A stretch of DNA of 64,000 bases, from the NCBI GenBank assembly GCA_963716055.1, contig CAVQSR010000004.1:448118-512117 (forward strand), read 5' to 3'. Position 1 is the stretch's first letter. Each line of letters starts with the position of its first letter. The position numbers and the translations under genes are program-made. The notes under the pieces are model-generated. The model saw nothing but the letters and a program-made list of their open reading frames with translations. It had not been told where the DNA came from and searched no databases. The stretch comes from an uncultured Gemmatimonadales bacterium (lineage in GTDB: Bacteria; Gemmatimonadota; Gemmatimonadetes; Gemmatimonadales; GWC2-71-9). Positions 37,823-49,563 of this stretch are shown piece after piece.

Positions 37823-38843
37823 TCAGGCGGGCGGTGAGACGGCGGTCGGGCGGTCGGGCGGTCGGGCGGTCGGGCGGACCGCCCGTTCGTGCGCGATGAT
37901 GCGCTCCAGCATCGCCGGCAGGTCGAGCGACGGCGCGTAGCCGATCGCCCGCTGCGAGCTTCGTGATGTCCGGCAGCCGCCGCACCATGTCCTCGAACCC
38001 CGGCTCGTACGCGCGCTCGAACGGCACCAGCGCGATCGGCGAGTCGCTGTGGCACAACCGCTTCACCAGCTCCGCCAGCTCGCGGATGCTGATGTCGCGC
38101 GTGTGGCCCACGTTGTACACCTGCCCCGCCGCGCCGGCGTGCTGCACCAGCGCGATCATCGCGCCCACCGCGTCGTCCACCCAGGTGAACGAGCGGCGCT
38201 GCGAGCCGTCGCCGTACACCGTGATCGGCTCGCCCGCGAGCGCCTGCTGCACGAAGCGCGGCACCACCATGCCGTAGCGCCCCGTCTGCCGCGGGCCGAT
38301 GGTGTTGAACAGCCGCACCACCGTCACCCGCAGGCCGGACTCGCGCGCGTACGCCAGCGCCAGGTGCTCGTCGATGATCTTCGAGGCGGCGTAGCACCAG
38401 CGCGACCGCTCGGTGGCGCCCAGCACCAGGTCGTCGGTCTCGCCGAACTTGGGGACGTCGAGCTTGCCGTACACCTCCGACGTCGAGGCGACGAGCGCGG
38501 CGCGGCCGTGGCGCGCCGCGTGCTCGAGCACCAGCTCGGTGGCGCGGATGTTGGTGACGATGGTGTGCACCGGCTGCTCGACGATGAGCCGCACGCCCAC
38601 CGCCGCGGCGAGATGAAACACCACGTCGCACGCGGGCACCAGCCGGGCGACGACGTCGGGATCGGCGGCCGAGCCCTGGGTGAACGAGAACCCGGGCCGC
38701 CGCTCGAGGCCGGCGAGATTCCCGCGGCGGCCGGTGGTGAGGTCGTCCAGCACGGCCACGCGCCAGCCGCGGTCGAGCAGGGCCGCCGCCAGGTGCGAGC
38801 CGATGAAGCCCGCCCCGCCCGTGATCAGCGCGCGCCGGCTCAC
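37823..38843 (-). pseudogene. NAD-dependent epimerase/dehydratase (extended SDR, UDP-sugar type), one frameshift near 37950
   Basis: The GTG start forms a GTGA overlap with the upstream gene. Motifs are ALITGGAGFIGSHL, ...STSEVYG and YAASK. After the shift the tail is [41 protein letters not shown]-stop, encoded by GGCGGTCG repeats. Confidence 0.85.
37841..37880. repeat. Four perfect GGCGGTCG octamers plus a variant, inside the 3' coding end of the epimerase gene
   Basis: GGCGGTCG occurs four times (37841-37872), followed by GGCGGACC. Confidence 0.85.
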
Positions 38844-40791
38844 GCGCTCGGCGCCCGGGCCAGCCCCGGCTCCTCGGGCACGGCGTCGTCGGGCGCCTCG
38901 TCCCACGCCACCGTGAACGCCACCAGGCGCGTGCCGCGCGCCGCGCACAGCGCCGCGATCTCCGCCCGCCGCGCGGGCTCCGCCCCCTCCGCCAGCACCA
39001 GGGCGTCCACCCGCAGCCGCTCGAGCAGCTCGGCCAGCCGGTCGCTGCCGCCGTGCACCGGGTAGCCCCGCACCTCGGCGCCCCACAGGCGCGGGTCGTC
39101 GTCCACATACCCGACCGGGATAAACCCGGGACCCGGGTTGGCGCGCATCGCGTGCAGCGCCAGGCGCCCCACGCGGCCCGCGCCGAAGATCAGCGCCCGC
39201 CGTGACCCCGGGCCGGCGCGCTCGTGCGTGTGCTCGAGCAGGCGGAACAGCATCCGCGCGCCCACCACGCCGGTGAGCGTGAAGTAGCCAAACAGCAGCC
39301 ACCCCGCCGCGCGCCACGGCTCGCCCACCACCAGCCACCACGCCACGCCCCGCGCACGCCACGCCCACGAGTCCCGCCCGCGTGGCGCGCAGCGCCTCGG
39401 CGAGGCCGGCGTGCAGGTACGCCGCGGCGTACACGCGCGCGAGCCACAGCCCCACCACGGTGGCGCCCGCCACGAGCCCCGCGCGCAGCCACAGCTCGCC
39501 CTCGCCCGCGGCCGCGCCCGGCACGATGCGCGCGGTGAACACGAACGCCAGCGCGGCGACCATCAGGTCCCACGACACGTGCGTCAGCCGGTGGTGCACG
39601 AATGCGTTGTGGAACAGCGGCAGCAGCGCCCCGCGGTCGAGCACGCGCAGCTCGTCGTACCACCAGCGCGTGGCCGCCCAGGCGAGCACCAGCGCGGCCG
39701 CCACGCCGCCCGCGAAGCCCACGCGGGGCCATTTCACGGCGGCGAACGCGAGCGCGCCCAGGGCCAGGGCCCCGGCGTAGATGGCGGCGACGGCCGCGGG
39801 CTGCGACAGGCCGAGCCCGAGCAGGCGGTGGGGGATGTGGCGCGCGTCGGGCGTGAAGTACCCCGGGGCGCCGCGGCGCAGCACGAAACGCTCGCGCGGC
39901 CCGGCGCCGCGCTCGACCGTCACGGCGCGCAGCGTGCGGCGCAGCACGGTGATGCCGGCCTCGGCGAGCGGCAGGCCCAGCGCCAGCGCCGCGGGCAGTA
40001 CGAGCCACACGCCGCCGTCCATCAGGCCCACGAGGCTCGCGGCGCCGAGCGCGAACCCCACCACCAGGCTGCCCGAGTCCCCCAGGAACATGCGGTGGCG
40101 GCGGAAGTTGTGCGGCAGGAACCCGAGCAGCGCGCCCGCGAGGGCGAGGAGCGCCACGCCCGCCACCACGTGCTCGAGCGCGATGCTGACCAGTGCCAGC
40201 GCCAGCGCCGCGATGGCGCCCAGCCCGCCGGCCACGCCGTCCACCACGTCCGTCATGTTGAGGGCGTTGGTGAGCGTCACGATCCACAGGACGCCGAGCA
40301 CCGCCGCGAGGGGACCGAGCGCGAACGCGGGCGTCGCGGGTCCCAGCGCGATGGCGCGCGGCAGCGGCGCCAGCGCCACGACGAGCGTCGCGGCCGCGAT
40401 CTCGAGCACGAGCTTGGTGCGGGCGGAGAGGCCGCGGGCGTCGTCCACCATGCCGGCCGCGAGCACGGCGAGCGCGCCCACGCCGAGCGCGGCCCAGCGC
40501 AGCGCGCCGTCGCCCGCGAACAGCGCCGTGCGCAGTCCCGGACTCAGCACGAAACGCGCCCGCCACCGCGAGCGCCGTGGCGGCGCCGACTGCGACGCCG
40601 CCCCAGCGCGGCACCGCGCCCACGTGGATCTTGCGGGCGTCGGGCTGGTCCAGCACGCCGAGCGCCACGGCGAGGCGCCGCACGGCGGGCGTGAGCGCGA
40701 AGCTCACCACCGCCGCCGCCACGAGCACGGCGCCGAACACCGCTGGGGTGGGCACGACCCAAAGCGACTGCCCGGGCGTGGGAGCGTCAAC
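38840..40791 (-). pseudogene. WecA/MraY-family polyprenyl-phosphate sugar-phosphate transferase fused to extra TM segments and a CapD/WbaP-type Rossmann linker; 2-3 frameshifts, start uncertain
   Basis: The pieces are ...FALTPAVRRLAVALGVLDQPDARKIH..., then MVDDARGLS, NALNMTDVVDGVAGG, MFLGDSGSLVVGFALG, then TM helices, then ALIFGAGRVGRLALHAMRANPGPGFIPVGYVDDDPRLWGAEVRGYPVHGG...VDALVLA. Confidence 0.7.
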
Positions 40792-40901
40792 CCCGGGATA
40801 CCCCGAGTGTCCAACTGCCGGGCGCCGCGCGGTTGCAAAGCCCCTCCGCGCGGCGTATAGTGCGTTGGCTACGGCGTTTCCGGCCATTGCCCCGAGTGTC
40901 T

Positions 40902-43300
40902 ATGCAGCAACGCGACCCCGACGAGTTACCGGCGATCTCCCTGCGGAGCCTCGCGGCGATCCTGCGCCGCCAGGCGTGGTGGATCGCCGTGACGGCCGTG
41001 CTGGGCATCGCCCTCACGGTGGCGCTCGCGTTGCGCCAGCGTCCCGAGTACGAGGCGCGCGCCACCCTGCGCCTGGCCGAGCAGGCCTCGGCCGCGCCGG
41101 TGACGGACGTGCTCGCCGCCCTGTCGCGCCCGTCCACCATCGAAACCGAGATGGAGATCATCCGCAGCCGCACCGTGGCCGAGCCGGTGGCGGAGTCGCT
41201 CGGCCTGCGCGCCACCGTGATGGCGCCGAAGGGCGCCGCGCGCCCGGCGCTGTTCCGCGTGCTGCGGGTGACGCCCGAGGCGGCGTCCGGGGTGTACCAG
41301 GTGCGGCTGAACGCCGAGTCGTTCACGCTCGTGGCGCCGGGCGGCGAGGCGTTTCGCGGGCCGTACGGCGCGGCGCTCGAGGTGGCCGGCCTCGAGATCG
41401 CGCCGCTCCCGCCGGCGGCGGGGGGCGTGGCGCGCATCGAGCTGGCCATCGCGCCCGTGACCGCGGCGGCCGAGGCGCTGCGCCAGGGGCTGCGCGTGGC
41501 GCGGCCCCAGCCCAACGCCGGGATCGTCTCCATCGCCTACCGCAGCACCGATCCCGCGCTGGCGCAGGCGGTGGTCAACGGCATCGCGCGCGCCTACATC
41601 GCGCGGCGCAACGAGGGCCAGAAGAGCCAGTACCGCGCGGCCGTCGCGTTCCTCGAGACGCAGGTGGGGACGATCGGCGACGAGCTGCGCGCGGCCGAGG
41701 GCGCGCTCGAGGAGTTCCGCCGCGCCAAGTTCGTGATCGATCCCGAGGCGCAGGCGAGCGGCCAGGTCAGCCGCCTGGCGGAGCTGCGGGTGCAGCAGGA
41801 GGAGCTGGCGGCGCGGCGCAGCGAGCTGTGGGAGCTGGTGCGGCGCACGCGCCAGCCGGCCGAGAGCGCGGGCCACTGGACGGCGCTGGCGGGCTCCCCC
41901 GCCCTGATCCAGAACCCCGCCATCGCGGCGGTGGTGCAGCAGCTGTCCACCGCCGAGGCCGAGCGCGAGCGGCTGCTCACCTGGCGCACGGCGGCCGACC
42001 CCGACGTGGCGGGCATCGAGCGCAGCATCGGCGTGCTGCGCTCGCGGCTCGGGTCGCTCGCGGCCGCGAGCCTCCAGGGCCTGGATGATCAATCCCGCTC
42101 GCTCAACCGCACGCTCGAGCAGTCGGGCGCGCGCCTGGCGCAGGTGCCCGAGGTGCAGGTGGAGTACGCGCGGCTGCGGCGCCACGTGGATCTCGCGACG
42201 CAGCTGTTCACCCTGCTCCAGACGCGGCTCAAGGAATCGCAGATCGCCGAGGCGATGGAGATCGCGAACGTGCAGCTCGTGGACCCCGCCGTGGTGCCGG
42301 CGACGCCGCTCGGCGGCCGGCGGCTGTTCCACCTGCTGTTCGGCGCCGCGCTGTCGCTGCTCGCGGGCGGCCTGGTGGGCCTGGCGCGCGAGTCGGGCGA
42401 CACGCGGGTGCGCTCGCGCGAGGAGATCCGCCAGCTCACGGCAGTGCCGCTCTTGGCCGCCATCCCCCGGATCCACGGGGCGACCAACGGCCGGCGCCGC
42501 GACCCGGCGCGGGCCATCGAGTCGCGCCTCGTGCTGCGCCACGCGCCGCGCAGCCCCGCGGCCGAGGCGTACCGCGCGCTGCGCACCAACGTGGCCTACG
42601 CGGGCAACGGCGCGCGCCGCTCGTACAAGACCATCGTGGTGACGAGCGCCGAGCCGATGGACGGCAAGACCACGACGGCGGTGAACCTGGCCATCACGCT
42701 GGCCGAGCAGGGCATGAAGGTGGTGCTCATCGGGGCCGACCAGCGGCGCCCGGTGCTGCACCAGGTGCTGCACACCGAGCGGGCGCCCGGGCTGGGCGAG
42801 CTGTTGTCGGGCACGGTGCCGCTCGAGCGGGCGATGCGCACGGTGCCCCTGCCGGGGCACGCCGCGGGGACGCTGAGCTTCATTCCGGCGGGCGACCCGG
42901 TGCCCAATCCCGCCGAGCTGCTCGGCTCGGCCGCGATGGCGTCGCTGCTCGCGACGCTGGGCGAGAGCCACGACGCCGTGGTGATCGACACGCCGCCCGT
43001 GGGCGTCGTGACCGACGCCGCGGTGCTGGGCACGGCGGCCGACGGCGTGCTGCTGGTGGTGCGCATGGGGGCGACGCACGGCGAGGCGCTGCGCCGCGCG
43101 GTGGAGGAGCTGCGCGGCCTCGGCGCGCACGTGATCGGCACGGTGCTGACGGACGTGCGCCACTCCGACGACCCGTACGCCTACGGCTACGGGTATTCCT
43201 ACTATTACGACGAGCAGGACGGCGGCAAGCCCAACGGCAATCCGGCCCGGCGGGAAATCCGCGAAAACCGCCAAGCGCGGCATCCGTGGTCTCAACTAGC
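40902..43300 (+). CDS. wzc: Wzc/GumC-type polysaccharide co-polymerase with BY-kinase domain; 3' end uncertain
   Basis: It has a Wzz-like N-terminus with a TM (AWWIAVTAVLGIALTVALAL), a coiled-coil region, Walker A SAEPMDGKTTTAVNLA, VVIDTPPV and the tyrosine cluster YAYGYGYSYYY. The annotated ORF has no stop until 43583 and runs 300 nt into wza. Confidence 0.85.
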
Positions 43301-43957
43301 GGCGCCCGCGCCCGGTGGGTCCGGGCGCTGGGGTTGGTGGTTGCCGTCGCCGTCGCTCCGGTCGTCATTCACGCCCAGGCCCAGGCACAGACCCAGGTGG
43401 CCGCGCCCGCGTTGCCGCAGACGCCGGGGGTGCGCGCGGGCGACGTGCTCAAAGTCTGGGTGTGGCGCGAGGCGGATTACTCGGGCGAGTTCCCCGTGGA
43501 CTCGCGCGGCCGGGTGGTGCTGCCGCTGCTGGGCGAGATCGCCGTGGCGGGCCGCCGGGCCGAGGCGCTCACCGACAGCCTGAGCGACGCGTACCGGCGG
43601 TATCTCAACAACCCGTCCATTCAGATCACGGTGTTGCGTCGCGTGGCCGTCTCGGGCGAGGTGGCGAAGCCGGGGCTCTATCCCGCGGACGCGACGATCA
43701 CGGTGGGCGAGCTGATCTCGCTCGCGGGCGGCGTGACGTCGGTCGGCAACCAGAAGAAGATCCAGCTGGTGCGCGACGGCCGGGTGATCGTGTCGGCGCT
43801 GGGGCCGGGGACGGTGTTGCAGGGGTCGCCGGTGCAGTCGGGCGACCAGGTGTTCGTGCCGCAGCGCAGCTGGCTCGCGCGCAACGGGCAGATCTTCATC
43901 GTGGGGGCGGTGAGCGTGGCGTCGGCGGTGACGGCGGCGATTCTGCTCGGGAGATAG
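43286..43957 (+). CDS. wza: Wza-type polysaccharide export protein (Poly_export plus SLBB)
   Basis: Motifs are ...GDVLKVWVWREADYSGEFPVDSRGRVVLPLLGEIAVAG..., ...VSGEVAKPGLYP... and GDQVFVPQ. Confidence 0.85.
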   Translation: MVSTSGARARWVRALGLVVAVAVAPVVIHAQAQAQTQVAAPALPQTPGVRAGDVLKVWVWREADYSGEFPVDSRGRVVLPLLGEIAVAGRRAEALTDSLSDAYRRYLNNPSIQITVLRRVAVSGEVAKPGLYPADATITVGELISLAGGVTSVGNQKKIQLVRDGRVIVSALGPGTVLQGSPVQSGDQVFVPQRSWLARNGQIFIVGAVSVASAVTAAILLGR

Positions 43958-43972
43958 GGACCGGGGGACGCC

Positions 43973-45776
43973 ATGTCCCGCATCGACGGGCTGCTCCGCC
44001 GGCTCGCGCTGCACCAGCGCACCGCCGCGCTCAAGGTCGCCGGGGTGTACGCCCTCGCGGCGGTGTTGTGGATCGTCCTGTCGGACCGCCTGGTCGAGAC
44101 CGTGGCGTCGGATCCGGGGATCGCGGCGCGGCTTCAGACCGTCAAGGGGCTCGGGTTCGTCCTCGCCACCGCGGCGATCATCTACGCGCTCACCGGCCGG
44201 GCGGTCGCGGCCGCGCGGCGCGTCTCAGGCGGCGGCGAGCGAGAGCGAGCGGTTCCTCGCGTCGGTGCTCTCGAACCTGCCGGGCTTCGCCTACCGCTGC
44301 CGCAACGACCCCGATTGGACCATGGAGGCGATCTCGGACGGCTGCGCGGCGCTGACGGGCTACGCGCCGGGCGACTTGGTGGGCAACGCGCTGGTGGCGT
44401 ACAACGACCTGATCCATCCCGAGGACCGCGACGCGGTGTGGGCGGACGTGCAGCGCGCGCTCGAGCGCCGCGCGCCGTTCCAGCTGCTGTACCGCCTCCG
44501 GCCGGCGGCGGGCGGGGAGAAGTGGGTGTGGGAGCAGGGCCGCGGCGTGTGGGGGGCGGACGGCGCGCTCGTGGCGCTCGAGGGGCTGGTGCTCGACGTC
44601 ACCGACCGCAAGCGGCTCGAGGACCAGCTGCGCCAGGCGCAGAAGATGGAGGCGCTGGGGCAGCTGTCGGCCGGGGTGGCGCACGACTTCCGCAACGCCC
44701 TGAGGTGATCCTCGGCAACCTCCAGCTGGTGCTGGGCGCGCTGCCCGCGCGGGCGGCGGGGCTGCGCGACAGCCTGCACGACATCGAGGCCGCGGCGCAA
44801 AGCTCGACGGCGCTGATCGAGCGGCTGCTGGGGTTGAGCCGCCGCGCCGACCTGGCGCTCGCGCCGGTGGCGATGGACGCCGTCCTGGCCGAGCTCGCGG
44901 GCGTGCTGCGCCCGCTCCTGCCCGCGAACGCGACGTTGCACGTCGCGCCCGAGCCCGGGGGGCGCGCTGGTGCGGCTCGACGTGCACGCCGTCGAGCAGA
45001 TGTTTCTCAATCTCGCGGCCAACGCGCGCGACGCGATGCCGGCCGGCGGGCGGCTCGAGATCCGCAGCGCGCGGGTGACGGTGGGCGAGGAGGCGCAGGA
45101 GGGCCGGCCGTGGGTGACGCCGGGGGCCTACGTGTGCGTGTCGGTGATCGACGACGGGGAGGGGATGGATCCCGCGACGCTGGCGCGGCTGGGCGAGCCG
45201 ATGTTCACCACCAAGCCGCCGGGCAAGGGGACGGGCCTCGGCATGCCGATGGTGTTCGGCCTGATGAAGCAGCACGGTGGATTCGCGCACGTGTACAGCG
45301 AGCCGGGCCGCGGCACGACGGTGCGGCTGTACTTCCCGGCGCTGGCGGGGGAGGTGGCGGCGGGGCGGTCGCGGCGGCGGCGGGCGGAGGAGGTGCCGGG
45401 GGGCACGGAGACGATTCTCGTGGCGGACGATCTCGCGGCGTTGCGGCGGGTGGCGCAGCGCATGCTCGAGCGGCTGGGGTACCGGGTGCTGGTGGCGGCG
45501 GACGGGGAGGAGGCGCTGGCGCTGTTTCGCGCGCACCGGGGCGAGATCGACCTGATCGTGTCGGACCTGTCGATGCCGCGGCTGGGCGGGCTCGAGCTGT
45601 ATCGCGCCGTGCGGCGCGAGGACGGGCGGGTGCGCTTCCTGTTCTCGAGCGGCTACACGCCCGCCGAGGCGGGGGCCGATCCCGAGCCGGTGTCGGTGCC
45701 GTTCCTGCTCAAGCCGTGGACGGTGCCGGACGTGGCGGCGAAGGTGCGCGACGTGCTGGATGGGCGGGAGGGGTAA
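43973..45776 (+). pseudogene. Hybrid sensor histidine kinase (TM, PAS, HisKA, HATPase, receiver), at least 3 frameshifts
   Basis: The pieces are VLWIVLSDRLVE...VKGLGFV, then the PAS region FAYRCRNDPDWTMEAISDGCAALTGY, then the H-box LSAGVAHDFRNAL, then NLAANARDAM...GKGTGLGMPMV, then the receiver ILVADDLAALRR...DLIVSDLSMP. Confidence 0.8.
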
Positions 45777-45797
45777 TCGCCAACCAAGGGGGCTCTC

Positions 45798-46109
45798 ATG
45801 CTACTGGTCCGCGAAATCGTGCATTGCAAGCCCGGCAAGGTCCGTGCGCTGGTGGAGAAGTTCCTCGCGATGTCGAAGCTCGGCGCCAAGGCGGGGATGC
45901 CGAAAATGCGCGTCATGACCGATTTCGCCGGGGAGCGGTACTGGACGGTGGTGGCGGAGATGGAAGTGGCGAGCATGGACGAGTTCGAGCGGATGATGTC
46001 GGGCGCGGGCCAGAGCGCGGCGGTGCAGAAGGAGATGGAGGAGATCATGAAGGGGTATCACGATCTCGTCGATCATGGGCGGCGGGAGGTGTACAGGATC
46101 GAGGGGTAG
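45798..46109 (+). CDS. Hypothetical small protein, 103 aa (possible ferredoxin-like/NIPSNAP-like fold)
   Basis: An intact ORF, MLLVREIVHCKPGKVRALVEKFLAMSKL...YWTVVAEMEVASMDEFERMM.... No family assigned with confidence. Confidence 0.5.
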   Translation: MLLVREIVHCKPGKVRALVEKFLAMSKLGAKAGMPKMRVMTDFAGERYWTVVAEMEVASMDEFERMMSGAGQSAAVQKEMEEIMKGYHDLVDHGRREVYRIEG

Positions 46110-47237
46110 AGGCCGCGACGTCGCGCGCCTACCGCCGACCTCGCGTACACCTGCAACACCCGCTCGACCATCAACTCGGCCGTGAACTCCCGTTCGACTC
46201 TCTCTCTTGCCGCGGCGCCGAGGCGGGTGCGCAGCGCCGTGTCGGCCAGGAGGCGATTGATGGCGCCGGCGAGGGCCACCGGATCGCGCGGCGGCACGAG
46301 CAGGCCGGTCTCCTCGTGGCGGCACACGAAGCGGACGCCCGTGGGCAGGTCGCTCGCCACGACGGGCCGGCCGCACGCCATGGCCTCGAGCTGGGCGATG
46401 CCGAACGACTCGCGGCGGTCAATGGACGGCAGGACGAACACGTCGCACGCGTGGAGCAGGACGCGGCGCTCAGCGTCCGTGACTTCGCCCGCGGAACGTG
46501 ACCCGCTCGGCGATGCCCAGGCGCGCCGCCAGCTGAGCCAGGTCCCCACTCGCCGGCCCGCGTCCCACGACGGTCAGCCGGGCCTGCACCTGCGTCATCG
46601 CTTCGAGCAGGACGTCCAGTCCCTTGTAGGGCCGCAGCACCCCCACGAACAGCACCTGCCCTGCCCCGGCGGCGCGGTGGCGCAGCACGGCGGCGGCGTC
46701 CTCGTCGCGCAGGGCGAAGGCCGCCGGGTCTATGCCGTAGGGGACGACGGCGCACCGGCTTTCGTAGCCGGCGAGTACCGCGGACGACGCCAGATACTCG
46801 CGCGATCCCACGATCACGCGCCGCGCCCGTCCGAAGACGCTCCTGAGCATCGGCCGATACAGCGGCAGGAGGCGCCGCTGGCGGATCACGTCGGCGTGGT
46901 AGCTGATCACGAGCTGGCGCGCGCGGGGCTGCCGAGGATAGGCCAGGTCGCCCATCGGGTTCGGGAAGTGCAGGTGCACGAGGTCGGGTTGCAGGCGGGC
47001 CAGCTCGCGCGGCATCGTGGGGCAGAGCGGCACGGCGGCGTAGCGGCCGAACTCAGGGATTCGGACCACGCGCACGCCGTCGAGCCGCTCGTCCACGCGG
47101 CGGCGCGAGCGCGAGGGGACGAGGACCGCGACGTTCGTGCCGCGGGCCGCGAGCCCCTCGCACAGCAGGCGCACGTGCTGCTCGATGCCGCCGGTGGTGG
47201 GCGGGAAGTAGTCCTTGAAGACGTGGACGACTCTCAC
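46073..47237 (-). pseudogene. Glycosyltransferase family 1 (GT4-type), one frameshift near 46490
   Basis: VRVVHVFKDYFPPTTGGIEQHV... then (shift) ...VFVLPSIDRRESFGIAQLEAMACGRPVVASD...EETGLLV. Confidence 0.75.
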
Positions 47238-48400
47238 GTTACGGAGCGGTACGCCCGGAGCACGGCGTCGGCGTGCGCGTCGATGCCGAACAGCGCCTCG
47301 GCGCGTGCGCGGCCCGCCCGGCCGAAGCGCGCGCGCAACGCGGGGTCGCCCAGCAGGCGCAACGTGGCGGCGGCGAAGCCGGGGACGTCGCCGGGGGCCA
47401 CGAGCAGGCCGGTGTTCTCGTGCTCCACGATCTCGGCCACCCCGCCCGCGCGCGCCGCGACCACGGGCCGGCCGACCGCCATCGCCTCGGCGACGGCGCG
47501 GCCGAACGGCTCGGGGGCGGTGGGACAGTGGACCAGGACGTCGAGCGCCGCGAGGACCTCCGGCATGTCGTCGCGGCTCCCGAGGAACGTCACGCGGTCG
47601 GCCACGCCCAGCTCGCGCGCGCGATTGCGCAACGACTCCGCGTACCCCGAGTGCCCGCCCGTCTCGTAGATCGCGCCACCGGCGATGACGAAGCGGGCGT
47701 TGGAATCGCGCTCGGCGACGTCCCGCGCGATGCGCAGGAAGTCCCCGTGCCCTTTCCACGGGCGTCAGGTGCGCCACGATGCCGACGAGGGGCGTGTCGT
47801 CCCCGACGCCCAGCTCGCGGCGGACGGCGCGCGCCCGAGACGCCGGGGTGAAACCGCTCGAGGTCCACCGGATTGTACACGCGCGATACCCGGGCCCCTG
47901 ACATCGTCGCCGCCACGGCTTCCGAGTTTGCGAGCACGAGCGCAGGGAGCGCGCGGGCGGCGGCGCGAAGCAAACGCCCGCCGGCTCCGGCGGGCGGGAA
48001 GTCGCGCAGGTGCCAGACCACCGGGCGGCGCGCGATTCGCCCTGCGAGCCCGCCCAGCAGGTGGGCCTTCAGCCCGTTGGTGTGGATCACGTCCGCTTCG
48101 AGCCGCCGGGCCAGTTGCGCGAGCCGCAGCGACGCTCGGGAGAGCCCGGAGCCCGAGCACTCCGGATCCGACCGGACCACCGGCACCATAGCGGCCGGCG
48201 CCTCGCACCGCAGCGGGAAGGCGCAGCTGGACGGTAGGGATGTCGCGGGACGCGAGGCGCGCGGCGAACGCGCCGTCGCCGAACAGGGCGACGGTCGGCT
48301 CCACGTCGCGCCTGCGCAGGGCGTCGAGCAGGAGCAGGAGGCTGTGCTCGGCGCCGCCCAGGTCGAGGCCGGGGTTCACGAACAGGACGCGGAGGGTCAT
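47234..48400 (-). pseudogene. Glycosyltransferase family 1, at least 3 frameshifts
   Basis: The pieces are MTLRVLFVNPGLDLGGAEHSLLLLLDAL, then ...DVIHTNGLKAHLLGGL..., then ...VHCPTAPEPFGRAVAEAMAVGRPVVAARAGGVAEIVEHENTGLLV. The gene is joined to both neighbours by 4-nt overlaps. Confidence 0.7.
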
Positions 48401-49513
48401 CCCTGCCCCGCCGCCTCGGCGAACAGCCGCCTGGCTTCTCGCGCCATGTGGTCCCACGTGAAGCGCTCGAGCACCATGGCACGGCCGGCCGCGCCGAGGC
48501 GCTGCGCCAACGCCCGATCCGACAGCACCGACACGATCGCCTCGGCCAGCGCGCCGATGTCGTTCGGGTCCACGAGGATCCCGGTGACGCCGTCCTGCAC
48601 CGCGTCGGGCAGGCCGCCCGAGCGTCCCGCGACGACCGGCTTGCCGCTCGCGGCGGCCTCGAGGCACACGATCCCGAACCCCTCGGCGCCGCCGTCGGGC
48701 GATTCGCGGCTCGGCGACCACGAGCACGTCGCACGAGCGGTAGAGGTTGGGCAGCTCAGCATCCGGCACGTCACCTAGGAACACGACGTCGCGCTCGACA
48801 CCGACGCTTTTCGCGACGCGGCCGAGGTACTCGCGCAGGGGCCCGTCGCCCGCGATCACGTAGCGCGCGCCGGGACACTTCGCTTTGACGAGCGGGAACG
48901 CGCGAATCGCGGTGTCGTGGCCCTTGTACAGTTCGGTGAGGCGCGACACGCTGAGCATCGTTGGCGGCGCCCCTGCCCCGTCGCTGGCGGGAGGCGGTGC
49001 GAACCGCGTCGGCTCGACACCTGGGTAGATGACGCGGGCGCGCTCGGGACTGACACCGTGCCCCAGTGCCGCTACGCGAGTGAACCCACTGCACGCCAGA
49101 ACGAGCCTGGCGTTGCGCAGCAGAACCCCGAGCAGGCGCTGCCGGCGCCGGCGCCGAATCTCATAGCCATAGACGAACACGACATATGGGACTCGCAGAG
49201 AAGAGCGCCGCGACGAGCGCAGCCGGCGCGGTCGCGACGTGACCACACACGATGAGATGCGGTCGCGACGCGACGCACGGAAGCCACCGTTCGCGGCAGA
49301 GCTGAATCAGCCACGCGACGCGACCGAGCCGGGCGGCGCCGAGCCGCGACACACGGGCCACCAACCGTGGCGTCGTACGCGCGATCGCCTTGCGCCGCCG
49401 GCGCGAGCACGCGCACGTCGGCGTCGGGTAGGCGTCGCGCCAATTCGGCCATCCACGACTTGGATGCCGCCATGTCCCGGGGGGAAGTCCCAGGTGAGGA
49501 GCAGGACCCTCAT
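48397..49513 (-). pseudogene. Glycosyltransferase family 1, multiple frameshifts
   Basis: The pieces are MRVLLLTWDFPPGHGGIQ, then ...VFVYGYEI..., ...LSVSRLTELYKGHD..., then ...EGFGIVCLEAAASGKPVVAGRSGGLPDAVQDGVTGILV. Confidence 0.7.
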
Positions 49514-49563
49514 TCGAGAGCGGATTGTGGACTGCGGATGACCTAATAGCAACCAGGCAGGAC

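Noticed and set aside
36987-40550. A 1187-aa minus-strand ORF.
   Set aside because: It is a chimera created by stop-poor frames. It runs in register through parts of the wecA-like gene and the SDR gene, and antisense or out of frame through the small-gene region. The conserved segments define separate genes.
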